Part shown: positions 32,726-40,947 of the stretch, piece by piece | Numbering within the stretch: the first letter of the stretch is position 1 | Layout of the letters: each line of letters starts with the position of its first letter | IMG/VR virus record: IMGVR_UViG_3300045988_092570 | From: a virus | DNA: 44,060 nt | Direction: 5' to 3' (one strand) | Position numbers and translations under genes: made by a program | Notes under the pieces: generated by a model | Told to the model about the DNA's origin: nothing | What the model saw: the letters and a program-made list of their open reading frames with translations, nothing else | The model's database searches: none

Positions 32726-34222
32726 CTAAAGGACGAGGCGGTAGTGGATGGTGAGGGTGTTGGCGGCTTTGTTCCAGGTGATATTGTCGGCGACGCTGCG
32801 GACGGCGGCGTTCTTTTCGGCAACGGTGGTGTCGGGGGATTCCAGCGTTTTGACGACGGCACGGAGAGCGGAGCGCAGCAGCTTCGGATCGACGGCGGCC
32901 TGGTCCTCTTTCTGCATGGCGGCGATCTGCGCGTCGAGATCGGCGATGCGCTTCTGCACGGCGGCCTTGCTGGCCTTGTACTCTTCGACCGTATCGGCGC
33001 CGGTGAGATAGGCGTCGCGCAGGCGGTCGAGCATGCGAACGGCGGAATCGCGCGCGGCCTCGACGGCGGATAGGGAAGATGCGGAGCCGTCGCTGGAACG
33101 GACCACATCGAAGGTCAGAGACGAACCGCGGGCGGCGTCCTCCTGCAGGCGGGAGATCAGTGCAGCCTCCAGCGCGTCGCGGCGCACCGTCTGCCGGACG
33201 CGGCAGGAGCCGCGCACGTAATTGTTGCAAGCCATATAATCCGGCGTATTCACGATGAGGCCACCGCCGCAGGCGGCACAGCGGACAAGGCCGGAGATCC
33301 AATGCTTCTGCGTTCCGGACGCGCGGGCATAGCGCGGGTACAAAAGCTTCTGCTCGTCGATGCGGTGCTGAACGGCATTGAAAGTCTCTTCGTCGATCAG
33401 CGGCTCGTGCTTGCCGTCGACGAGGACGACATTCTCGTTCGAAAAGTCGCGGCGGGTGCGGCCGGCCGGATTCCAGCGCAGTTTGCCGATATAGACGGGG
33501 TTGCGCAGGATATATTCGATGGTCCGGTTTTCGAATCTGCCGCCGCGGTGCGTGCGCTGGCCGCATTCGTTCATCCAGCGCGCGAGCGGAAAGCAGCCTT
33601 CGCCAGCGAGGTAGCGACGGAACAGCTCTTTCACAAAGCCATCCTCGGGCGGCTTCGGCACGAAAACGTGATCCTTGATGCCGTAGCCATACGGCGGATT
33701 GCTCTGCACCTCGCCGCGGCGGTGCTTTTCCTCCATGCCGCGCTTGACCTCCTGGGCAAGGTTGATGCTGTAGTATTCGTCCATCGCCTCGATGAGCGCT
33801 TCGGTAATGAGGCCCATGCCGCCCTCGGCCACGGGCTCGGAAATGGAGATGACATCAATGCCGAGCTGCTTGCGCAGGATAGACTTGTACATGACCGCAT
33901 CATCGCGGTTGCGGGCAAAGCGCGAAAACTTCCAGAGCAGAATCGCGTCGAAGGGCTTCGGCTTCGTCTTGGCGACGCCGATCATGCGGCGGAATTCGTC
34001 GCGCTTTTTCACGCCGCGGCCGGAAATGCCCTCGTCCATGAAGACGAATTCATCCGGCACGATATAGCCGTTGCGCGCGGCCCATTTGCGGACCTCGACG
34101 AGCTGCGAGGCGGGGGAGAGCTCCACCTGGTCATCGGTGGAGACGCGGATATAGGCCGCGGCGATGCGAAGATCAGGCAGCGGCGCGGGGACGGAAGAAG
34201 TAAAGCCTTTCGGCGGGGTCAT
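32726..34222 (-). CDS. int: Large serine recombinase (integrase)
   Basis: N-terminal resolvase catalytic motif AAYIRVSTDDQ, a recombinase domain, and a Cys-rich zinc-ribbon (CAACGGGLIV...CNNYVRGSC) followed by a coiled-coil. AAAGGAG upstream. Confidence 0.9.
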   Translation of the reverse strand: MTPPKGFTSSVPAPLPDLRIAAAYIRVSTDDQVELSPASQLVEVRKWAARNGYIVPDEFVFMDEGISGRGVKKRDEFRRMIGVAKTKPKPFDAILLWKFSRFARNRDDAVMYKSILRKQLGIDVISISEPVAEGGMGLITEALIEAMDEYYSINLAQEVKRGMEEKHRRGEVQSNPPYGYGIKDHVFVPKPPEDGFVKELFRRYLAGEGCFPLARWMNECGQRTHRGGRFENRTIEYILRNPVYIGKLRWNPAGRTRRDFSNENVVLVDGKHEPLIDEETFNAVQHRIDEQKLLYPRYARASGTQKHWISGLVRCAACGGGLIVNTPDYMACNNYVRGSCRVRQTVRRDALEAALISRLQEDAARGSSLTFDVVRSSDGSASSLSAVEAARDSAVRMLDRLRDAYLTGADTVEEYKASKAAVQKRIADLDAQIAAMQKEDQAAVDPKLLRSALRAVVKTLESPDTTVAEKNAAVRSVADNITWNKAANTLTIHYRLVL

Positions 34223-34413
34223 AAGAGGTCACTCCTTTGCGGGGGGGGATTTTTACCGGTGGCGGGGCGGGACAGAATGGTATATACTGATGCGCGGCGC
34301 CAAAATATTATCATCGGAAGATTCTGAGAGGAAAGAGAGGCAAACCATGCCAAACCGACTCGATCAAGAGATCCTTGAAAAGTTCCGTAGACTGAACCCT
34401 GAGAATCAGGAAG

Positions 34414-34755
34414 CTATTCTTGTTTACTTAGCAACAGCTCTATCTGAGCCAGAAGCATCTTCTTCTGATCGTCGGTAAGCCGGCGAACCAATTCCATCAA
34501 GCGCGCTTCCAATGGGGAAAGACCGTCGACCTTCAGGTCGGCGGTTTTTTCTATCTCATCACACCCAAGCAGATATGCAGGGGTAGTGTGCAGCGCGACG
34601 GCAAGCTTTGCAATTTTATCTCTGCGCATATTAGCAATATCGCCGGTTTCCCATTTGCGGACAGTGCTTTTGCCGACGCCGACAATGTTGCCAACTTCCT
34701 CTAAGGTCAGCCCGAGCTCTTCACGCAGCTGCCTGATCTTATCCTTCATTTCCAT
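34414..34755 (-). CDS. XRE-family HTH repressor (CI-like)
   Basis: IRQLREELGLTLEEVGNIVGVGKSTVRKWETG is a classic HTH_3 motif. The gene is divergent from a Cro-like gene. Confidence 0.85.
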   Translation of the reverse strand: MEMKDKIRQLREELGLTLEEVGNIVGVGKSTVRKWETGDIANMRRDKIAKLAVALHTTPAYLLGCDEIEKTADLKVDGLSPLEARLMELVRRLTDDQKKMLLAQIELLLSKQE

Positions 34756-34779
34756 AGGGAATCACCTCACTGTGCGTTG

Positions 34780-34808
34780 ATAATATCACATAAGTGTCAT
34801 TTATGCAA
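34780..34808 (-). promoter_or_regulatory. Repressor-gene promoter (TTGCAT, 17-nt spacer, TATTAT)
   Basis: Read on the - strand: TTGCATaaatgacacttatgtgaTATTAT, followed by GTGAGGTGA and the ATG. Confidence 0.55.
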
Positions 34809-34839
34809 CATTGAAGTTTCGTAAAAGACATAATTGTGC

Positions 34840-34867
34840 TTGACAATAGAAAATGATATGTTAAGAT
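34840..34867 (+). promoter_or_regulatory. Early rightward promoter (TTGACA, 16-nt spacer, TAAGAT)
   Basis: TTGACA at 34840-34845 and TAAGAT at 34862-34867, directly followed by the operator palindrome. Confidence 0.6.
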
Positions 34868-34885
34868 AGTGTCGTAAAGGACACT
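34868..34885. promoter_or_regulatory. Operator palindrome AGTGTC-N6-GACACT
   Basis: Perfect 6-bp inverted arms overlapping the predicted transcription start. Degenerate copies at 34815-34832 and 34793-34810. Confidence 0.6.
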
Positions 34886-34904
34886 TACAAAGGAGGTGAA
34901 AACG

Positions 34905-35111
34905 ATGAACGCAAAAGCATTGTACGACGCCATGAAAGCAAAAGGTATCCAGATCGGGGAGATGTGCGAGCTGCTGAACATGAGCAGAAGCGCATTTTAT
35001 CGAAAGACAAGAGGTAAGTCCGAGTTTACGTTGAGCGAGATCAATAAGATCTGCGAGGTACTTGGCGTGTCTTCGCCGATCGGAATTTTTTTTGCTCAAG
35101 TAGTGTCCTAA
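34905..35111 (+). CDS. Cro-like small HTH regulator
   Basis: ATG 34905 with AGGAGG 8 nt upstream. EMCELLNMSRSAFYRKTRGKSEFTLSEINKICEVLG is HTH-like. Confidence 0.7.
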   Translation: MNAKALYDAMKAKGIQIGEMCELLNMSRSAFYRKTRGKSEFTLSEINKICEVLGVSSPIGIFFAQVVS

Positions 35112-35119
35112 AAGACACT
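35102..35119. promoter_or_regulatory. Distal copy of the operator palindrome AGTGTC-N6-GACACT
   Basis: Arms identical to the site at 34868-34885. It overlaps the stop codon of the Cro-like gene. Confidence 0.5.
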
Positions 35120-35164
35120 TCCAGATGAAAGAAAGCTGCGGAGAAGAGAACGGAAGCGGATTTT

Positions 35165-35561
35165 TTGAAGTGCCGCCATTAGGGCGGAAAAAGCAAAACA
35201 GCCGGTGCGTCATCACCGACTGTTCTGCCGCAAATTTCTTTACCATAGCCAGACGCACCATAAATGGGCAGCACATGACGATGCCACTTCTATGACTGGC
35301 TGCGCGACTTAGGCAGTATGCGATCTGCCGATTCCCTGACGGGCCGCCCCGTCGCTCGCGCAACGACATGACAGATTCGTTTCGCACTCACGGTTTTTTG
35401 CGCTCACCAGCGTAGACCGCCTATGGTTGGGCGGAATAGCCTCTATGGTGAAGAGGCTTTAGAGCGCGGAGCAAATCGAATCAAACGTTATGGCACAGGG
35501 GCGGATGCAAAAACTGTCCCAAAAAGAACAGCCCCTTTCCGCCCTAATAGGGGCACTTCAA
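35165..35561. repeat. Non-coding element of about 400 bp bounded by 26-nt inverted repeats (24/26); possibly an ncRNA, a MITE, or an origin or iteron region
   Basis: Left arm 35165-35190 is TTGAAGTGCCGCCATTAGGGCGGAAA. The right arm 35536-35561 is its reverse complement with 2 mismatches. The interior has many hairpins, extra GGGCGGA(A/T) copies, and no convincing ORF. Confidence 0.7.
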
Positions 35562-35669
35562 GAATAGCACAAATTTGTCTTTTCTGCAACACATATTCGA
35601 CGAGCCGAAAGGCTGGGGCAAGGGGACGAGCGGGGCGGCATAGATTCTGAGAGAAAGGAGCGTGCGGGC

Positions 35670-35849
35670 ATGGGGAAGCGAAAACAGGAGCCGATCATCG
35701 TGAAGGCCTACGTCAAGACGGCGGACGGCGGCGAGGTGGACGTGGACACGCTCAGCGACGAGCAGCGCGAGAAGCTGGGCACATGGCTGCGCGTGACCTA
35801 CCTGAACGAGCTGTGCCGAGGGAAAGCAAAATTCCATGTGAAACAATAA
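35670..35849 (+). CDS. Small protein (59 aa)
   Basis: ATG 35670 with GAGAAAGGAG 9 nt upstream. Hand translation: MGKRKQEPIIVKAYVKTADGGEVDVDTLSDEQREKLGTWLRVTYLNELCRGKAKFHVKQ. Confidence 0.6.
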   Translation: MGKRKQEPIIVKAYVKTADGGEVDVDTLSDEQREKLGTWLRVTYLNELCRGKAKFHVKQ

Positions 35850-35888
35850 GAGGCAAGGGAAAATCCTTTGCAGAAAGAGAGGGACAAA

Positions 35889-36161
35889 ATGCAAAAGAAG
35901 GATCGACGCACGAGAGAAGAGCGGGCGCTGCGGCACGCGCAGACGCTGCTGCGGCTGGCGGTACTGCTGTGGATCGCGGTGCTGCTGCTGTGCCTGTTGG
36001 AGCCGGGATGCCTGGCGATGGACGCGGCGGCCGCGGCGGCGGAGACCGACCCGGCGGTCACGTGGCTGGCGGCGGTGGGCGCCGGATGGCTGACGTGGCG
36101 CGGAATGGTGCTTGTCCTGAAGCTGGACGAGCCGAGGAGAAAGAGGGGGGTGCGCAGATGA
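35889..36161 (+). CDS. Small two-TM membrane protein
   Basis: ATG 35889 (TTG 35868 is an alternative). Hydrophobic segments LLRLAVLLWIAVLLLCLL and VTWLAAVGAGWLTW. Confidence 0.55.
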   Translation: MQKKDRRTREERALRHAQTLLRLAVLLWIAVLLLCLLEPGCLAMDAAAAAAETDPAVTWLAAVGAGWLTWRGMVLVLKLDEPRRKRGVRR

Positions 36162-36490
36162 GCTATTTATCCTCGGGCGCGCAGCTGCTCGGCAACCTTG
36201 AGCACACGGCGGCGGAGCTGCTGGAAACGACGATGCAGGAGCGTGGGCGCGGCTTTGCGAGCGACAACGAGAGCTGGGCGGAGATCAAAGCTCATCTTGA
36301 GCGCGCGAAGAAGGCGACGGGCGACCTTGAAAAGGTCCACAAGGAGATGTGGGACGCCATCAAAGACCAGAACGAGGACGCCTACGGGGCGCTGGCGAAT
36401 GAGCTGACGCGCGCGGGCGCTGCGCTGGCGGCGGAATGGATGGTCGTCTCGGTGCTCGGCAAGATCGCCGTGGAGATGACGGGAGAGTGA
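36158..36490 (+). CDS. Hypothetical protein (110 aa)
   Basis: Internal ATG of ORF 35783-36490, in an ATGA overlap with the previous CDS. The upstream part of that ORF is Gly/Arg/Ala-rich and not protein-like. Confidence 0.6.
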   Translation: MSYLSSGAQLLGNLEHTAAELLETTMQERGRGFASDNESWAEIKAHLERAKKATGDLEKVHKEMWDAIKDQNEDAYGALANELTRAGAALAAEWMVVSVLGKIAVEMTGE

Positions 36491-36497
36491 AGCGCGC

Positions 36498-36806
36498 ATG
36501 GACGACAAGCGATTTATCGCGCCGCAGACGCGGCCGACGCTCTGCTGGTCATGCCGGCGGGCGTGCGGCGGCTGCTCGTGGACGGAGCGAGATCCCGTGA
36601 CGCACGCGATCCGCTTCGAGCCCGTGAAGGGCTGGGAGGCGGAGAAAACGACGATCAACGGCTCGAAAAGCGAGCACGGCGAGAAGTGCTACCGCTACAC
36701 GACCGACAGCTACCGCGTCGTGCGCTGCCCGCTGTACGTGCCGGACCGGCGGACGAGAGCCAAAAGCGCCATGCCGGTATGGGCCATGCAGGCCGCGAAC
36801 GCATGA
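36498..36806 (+). CDS. Cys-rich (zinc-finger-like) protein
   Basis: 102 aa containing CWSCRRACGGCSW and additional Cys residues. Confidence 0.6.
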   Translation: MDDKRFIAPQTRPTLCWSCRRACGGCSWTERDPVTHAIRFEPVKGWEAEKTTINGSKSEHGEKCYRYTTDSYRVVRCPLYVPDRRTRAKSAMPVWAMQAANA

Positions 36807-36917
36807 AAAAGGCGGCTGACCGATGGCACCGGTCAACCGCCACGAAGAAAAACACACATGAAAGGAGATTTTCTTCCCCGCCATTATAGCATGCGGCGGG
36901 GAAGAAGTGCAAGGGAA

Positions 36918-37265
36918 ATGAGCGTGATTCAAGACGCCATTGCCGCCATTGAGGGCCAGCAGCCGAAAGAGCGCTCGGCGGTGTGGATGGTGGGTGAGCA
37001 GCTGAAAGATATGGTCCGCGGCAATGAGGCCGCGGCGGCACTGCTACTGACAGACCTGACGCAGAACAAGGAGATGACGCTCGCGGCGGCGGAGAAGAAG
37101 ATCGCCGAGCGAGCCAAAAAGAATAAGGTCGGCAACTGCGGGTGCGTGACGCCCGCGGAGGCCGAGGACATCCTGCGTGAGTTTTTCGGCCTGCCGGAGC
37201 GCGGCACAGACGTAGCACCGCAGACGGAGAGGCGCAAGGTCGTGGACCTTGCGGACTTTTTATGA
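36918..37265 (+). CDS. PcfK-like protein (the family reported to include the anti-CRISPR AcrIIA9)
   Basis: GNCGCVTPAEAEDILREFFGL matches the typical PcfK-like C-terminal motif. It lies directly upstream of a PcfJ-like gene, which is the usual pairing. ATG 36918 was chosen because it follows two hairpins. Confidence 0.55.
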   Translation: MSVIQDAIAAIEGQQPKERSAVWMVGEQLKDMVRGNEAAAALLLTDLTQNKEMTLAAAEKKIAERAKKNKVGNCGCVTPAEAEDILREFFGLPERGTDVAPQTERRKVVDLADFL

Positions 37266-39115
37266 GCCGCCGCACAGACGCCGGATGGGAGAATCTGGCG
37301 GACAAGCTGCCGTTCCAGCCATGCGGAGACCTGCAAAACGACGTGCTGGAAGATATCTATGACAACGACATGCTCGGGACAGGGATAATGCTTTACAACC
37401 GCGAGAGCGTGGAGACCGCAAATCCTATTGCGCAGATCATGGACGCGGAAGACTGGGCTCGCTGGGAGAAGTCTCGGAAGCGCCGCTGGGGCGCGCGCTG
37501 CACCTGCTCAGCCTGCGGAGAAGAGTTTTTTGCGGGCTATGTCAGCGACAGCGGTACGAGCGGCATTGTCTTGAGGCAGGGCGAGGACGGACAGATTTAT
37601 GACGGCTACGTCGACAAAGGCGACGACGATGCGCAAATCTTCTTTGACGACGAGACGATCGTTTGCCCGCGCTGCTACCAGAGCGTGGTCGTGACGCGGC
37701 GGAGCGAGCTGCGGCAGGGGCGCACGCTTCAAGCATTGCAGGCCGAAACGCTGAACATTGACGGATATCTCGCGGTGCTCTATTGGATGGTGGCGCGGTA
37801 TCAGGACAACACGGGAACAGACGTCGCGACGTTCTCGCCGCACGCGGCACTGATCGTGGACCGCTGCGGCGTGCTGCGACGCTTCCGCGCGGTGCGCCAC
37901 AGTAACGAGGCGCGTGACGTAACGTGGACACCCTGCAAGCAGAGCTGTGACCCGATGCAGCAGCCCTATTACTGCCACGGCGCCGTGAACGGACGGCAGG
38001 TCGGTGGCTGGGTGTGCGCCTACGGCCCAGAGCTCGGCGGAACGACGGGCGAGAAGACGGCACTGGACAAATACATCGGCGCGGGCGGAGCCTGGCCGGG
38101 GGCGTATCTGCACGTCTGGCGCAAGCACCCGCAGGTGGAAAATCTGATGCGGCAGGGGTTCGGCGATGCGGTGACGCAGACCATTGACAACTATCTGAAC
38201 ATGTGCGGCAACTATTCCATGCTGCGCGACGCACCAAATATCCCGTGGGTCGATTGGAGCGAGACGAAGCCGCACCGAATGCTCGGCATGAGCAAGGAAG
38301 CCTTCCGCGAGGTGCGCGGGAAGCATTGGAGCGAAGGCACCGCGCGGTGCTGGGCGAGCTACCGAATGCTTGTAAAGAACGCGGACGCGCTGCAATTCGT
38401 GCAGGAGGTCGGCAAGCTCGGCCTGAACGGCATGGAAAAACTGCTGGGCGCCTATCGGGCCGTCGAGACCGATCTGCACCCGACGCATGTGGTGAAATAC
38501 CTTGAAAAGCAAAAGCGGCTGAAAGGCGGCGTGCAACTGCTGCTCGATTACCGGCGCGTGCTGCGGGCGCTGTGGCTGGCGGACCAGAACGAAACGCTGT
38601 GGCCGCGCGACCTGCAAGCGGCGCACGACCGTGTAATGGAGATGTACGCGGCGCACGAGGGCGTGAAGTACTACTCGGCGGATTTTACGCCGGTCTATAT
38701 CCGGCTCAAGGCGCTGGAATGGACAGACGGCGAACTCTGCATCCGCATCCCACAGGAGGAGCGGGAGCTGATCGATGAGGGAAAAACCCTGCGCCACTGC
38801 GTGGGCACCTACGGCAGGACACATTGCAGCGGCAAGCCGATCTTCTTTGTGCGGCACTACCGCAGGCCAGAGCGCAGCTATTACACGCTGAACATCGACC
38901 TGACGCGGGCGATGCCGAAGGAGATCCAGCTGCACGGCTACGGCAACGAACGCCACGGCGAGCGCAAGCAGTATGAGCACGGCATCCCGAAAAAGGTGCG
39001 CGACTTCTGCGACAGATGGGAGCGCGAGGTGCTGACGCCGTGGTTTATGGAGGAACAACGCAAAAAGTTCGCTGAAACGAACAAAGTGGACAAGAAAGCG
39101 AGGAAAGGCGCATGA
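37262..39115 (+). CDS. PcfJ-like protein
   Basis: 617 aa. The C-terminal motif TLRHCVGTYGRTHCSGKPIFFVRHY is characteristic of PcfJ-like domains. Cys-rich N-terminal region. Confidence 0.7.
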   Translation: MSRRTDAGWENLADKLPFQPCGDLQNDVLEDIYDNDMLGTGIMLYNRESVETANPIAQIMDAEDWARWEKSRKRRWGARCTCSACGEEFFAGYVSDSGTSGIVLRQGEDGQIYDGYVDKGDDDAQIFFDDETIVCPRCYQSVVVTRRSELRQGRTLQALQAETLNIDGYLAVLYWMVARYQDNTGTDVATFSPHAALIVDRCGVLRRFRAVRHSNEARDVTWTPCKQSCDPMQQPYYCHGAVNGRQVGGWVCAYGPELGGTTGEKTALDKYIGAGGAWPGAYLHVWRKHPQVENLMRQGFGDAVTQTIDNYLNMCGNYSMLRDAPNIPWVDWSETKPHRMLGMSKEAFREVRGKHWSEGTARCWASYRMLVKNADALQFVQEVGKLGLNGMEKLLGAYRAVETDLHPTHVVKYLEKQKRLKGGVQLLLDYRRVLRALWLADQNETLWPRDLQAAHDRVMEMYAAHEGVKYYSADFTPVYIRLKALEWTDGELCIRIPQEERELIDEGKTLRHCVGTYGRTHCSGKPIFFVRHYRRPERSYYTLNIDLTRAMPKEIQLHGYGNERHGERKQYEHGIPKKVRDFCDRWEREVLTPWFMEEQRKKFAETNKVDKKARKGA

Positions 39116-40143
39116 GCGAAACAATGGAAATGGCCGTGGCCGGCGAGGTGCGCAGCATCACCGCCATCACGGACGAGATCATTTTTTACAAAAATGTCGG
39201 CGGACAGGCCGTCATCGAGATTGGCAAGCGGCTGATCGAGGCAAAAGCACAGCTCAAACACGGGGAATGGCTGCCGTGGCTGAGCGAAAAAGTGGAGTTT
39301 TCGGAGACGAGCGCGCAGCGATTTATGCAACTTGCAAGGGAGTACGGAAATACCTCACTGGTGGGGGATTTGGGAACCTCGAAAGCCTTGGTATTACTGG
39401 CTTTGCCGGCATCTGAGCGAGAGAATTTTGCGAGCGAAAAACACGTTGTCAACGGGGAAGAAAAAAGCGTCGCCGAGATGAGCAAACGCGAGCTCGAAGA
39501 GGCCATCCGGCAGCGCAAGATCGCTGAGCTGGAACGCGACAAGGCGCGGCGCGAATTGGACGAACAGCGCAAGGCCAACGAGGAGGCCGCGGCGGAAGCA
39601 CAGAAGGCGCAGGAGGCGGCGGAGGCCGCCCGCGCCGAGGTGGAGAACGCGCAGGGCACGGCGCTGGCCGCGCAGGAGCGCGCGGCGGAACTGGAACGCG
39701 AAATGAAGGAGCTGCGCGAGAAACCTGTAGACGTCGCCGTACAGACGGTGGACGCGAGCGAGGAACAGATCGCCGCGGCGGTGAAGGAGGCGGAGCTTTC
39801 CGCCAAGGAGAAGATCGGCAAGAAGGCCGAGGAGCTGAAAAAGGCCAGAGAGGACCTGGCACAAGCAAAAGCGGACGTGCAGGCCGCGGCAGAAAAGGCC
39901 GAAAAGGCAGAGGACGAGGCGGCAGCGCTGCGCGCTGAGCTGGACAAGGCCAGAAAAAGCGCCGCGGCGATGGACAACAAGGCGCTCGCGGAGTTTGCCG
40001 TCCTGTTCCGGCAGGCGCAGGAGACGGTGAACCGCATGACGGAGATCGTAGACGAGCTGGATGATGAGAGCCGCCCGAAGATCTACCGCGCGCTGGGCGC
40101 GCTGCGGGACATGATCGCTGAAAAGGCGGGTGAGGGCGCGTGA
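39112..40143 (+). CDS. DUF3102-domain protein with a long coiled-coil
   Basis: N-terminal IEIGKRLIEAKAQLKHGEWLPWLSEKVEFSETSAQRFMQLAREY matches the DUF3102 signature. The remainder is E/A/K-rich coiled coil. Confidence 0.7.
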   Translation: MSETMEMAVAGEVRSITAITDEIIFYKNVGGQAVIEIGKRLIEAKAQLKHGEWLPWLSEKVEFSETSAQRFMQLAREYGNTSLVGDLGTSKALVLLALPASERENFASEKHVVNGEEKSVAEMSKRELEEAIRQRKIAELERDKARRELDEQRKANEEAAAEAQKAQEAAEAARAEVENAQGTALAAQERAAELEREMKELREKPVDVAVQTVDASEEQIAAAVKEAELSAKEKIGKKAEELKKAREDLAQAKADVQAAAEKAEKAEDEAAALRAELDKARKSAAAMDNKALAEFAVLFRQAQETVNRMTEIVDELDDESRPKIYRALGALRDMIAEKAGEGA

Positions 40144-40361
40144 AGCGCAGCGACTATCTGAAACTCTGCGTGAGCGCGGCGATGCTCAGCTACCGCAAGC
40201 CGAAGGTGCTGTACGCTGGGATCGAATATTACCCCGAGGGCTATGAGCTGCGATTCGACAAGAGCGGCAAGGCGGTACATAGAGCGATCCTGCGGGATGC
40301 GAGCAAGCACAACTGCCTTTTCTACTGCCCGCTGGCGAAGGTGCAGGAGGTGCGCGCATGA
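40140..40361 (+). CDS. Hypothetical protein (73 aa)
   Basis: GTG start overlapping the previous stop. Coupled on both sides. Confidence 0.55.
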   Translation: MKRSDYLKLCVSAAMLSYRKPKVLYAGIEYYPEGYELRFDKSGKAVHRAILRDASKHNCLFYCPLAKVQEVRA

Positions 40362-40945
40362 ATAGAATTCAGGCGAGCCAGATCATGGGCGGGAACGGGG
40401 CAAAGGCGCGCAAGGCGGCCGACCTGTACCCGACGCCGCCGGAGGTAACGGTGGCGCTGATGCGCTTTCTCAAGCTGCCAGCGGGGACGGATATATGGGA
40501 ACCGGCCCGTGGGCAAGGGGATATGGTGCGAGCGCTGGCGGACTGCGGGATGGCTGTCTACGGCACGGATATCCGCGACGGGATAGACTTCCTGACCACT
40601 CGACAGCCGGGAAACGCGCCTGCGGCTGGTTGGATTATCACGAATCCGCCGTTTTCGCTGGCGGACGAGTTTATCCGCCACGCGGCGGAGATCGGCAAGC
40701 CGTTTGCGATGCTGCTCAAGGCGCAGTATTGGCACGCGGCGAAGCGGGCGCAGCTCTTCCGCGAGATCCCGCCGAGCTACGTGCTGCCGCTGACATGGCG
40801 GCCGGACTTCCTCTTCAAGGAGCGAGACGGTAAAAAGGGCGCGAGCCCGCTCATGGATGTCATGTGGTGCGTGTGGCTGACGCCGCAGATGCAGGGCGTG
40901 CAGACAGTATTCAAGCCGCTGATGCGGCCGGAAAAGGAGAAATGA
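40358..40945 (+). CDS. Putative N6-adenine DNA methyltransferase (orphan)
   Basis: SAM-binding-like WEPARGQGDM followed by the catalytic motif IITNPPFS (NPPF). No adjacent restriction enzyme gene. Confidence 0.65.
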   Translation: MNRIQASQIMGGNGAKARKAADLYPTPPEVTVALMRFLKLPAGTDIWEPARGQGDMVRALADCGMAVYGTDIRDGIDFLTTRQPGNAPAAGWIITNPPFSLADEFIRHAAEIGKPFAMLLKAQYWHAAKRAQLFREIPPSYVLPLTWRPDFLFKERDGKKGASPLMDVMWCVWLTPQMQGVQTVFKPLMRPEKEK

Positions 40946-40947
40946 GC

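Noticed and set aside
34797-35387. A 196-aa ORF on the - strand across the Cro-like gene and the start of the non-coding element.
   Set aside because: It is antisense to the Cro-like CDS and the switch promoters, has no SD, is Cys/His/Leu-rich with no motif, and crosses the inverted-repeat arm.
35165-35561. A retron msr/msd, or a known riboswitch, tmRNA or RNase P.
   Set aside because: No reverse transcriptase gene lies nearby. I could not find the conserved cores of T-box, cobalamin, tmRNA or RNase P RNAs. The region is kept as an unexplained structured element.
35783-36490. A 235-aa ORF spanning two smaller reading frames.
   Set aside because: Its first 125 codons are Gly/Arg/Ala low-complexity sequence overlapping a better two-TM ORF (35889-36161). 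Only the part from ATG 36158, which overlaps the previous stop in ATGA, looks coding.
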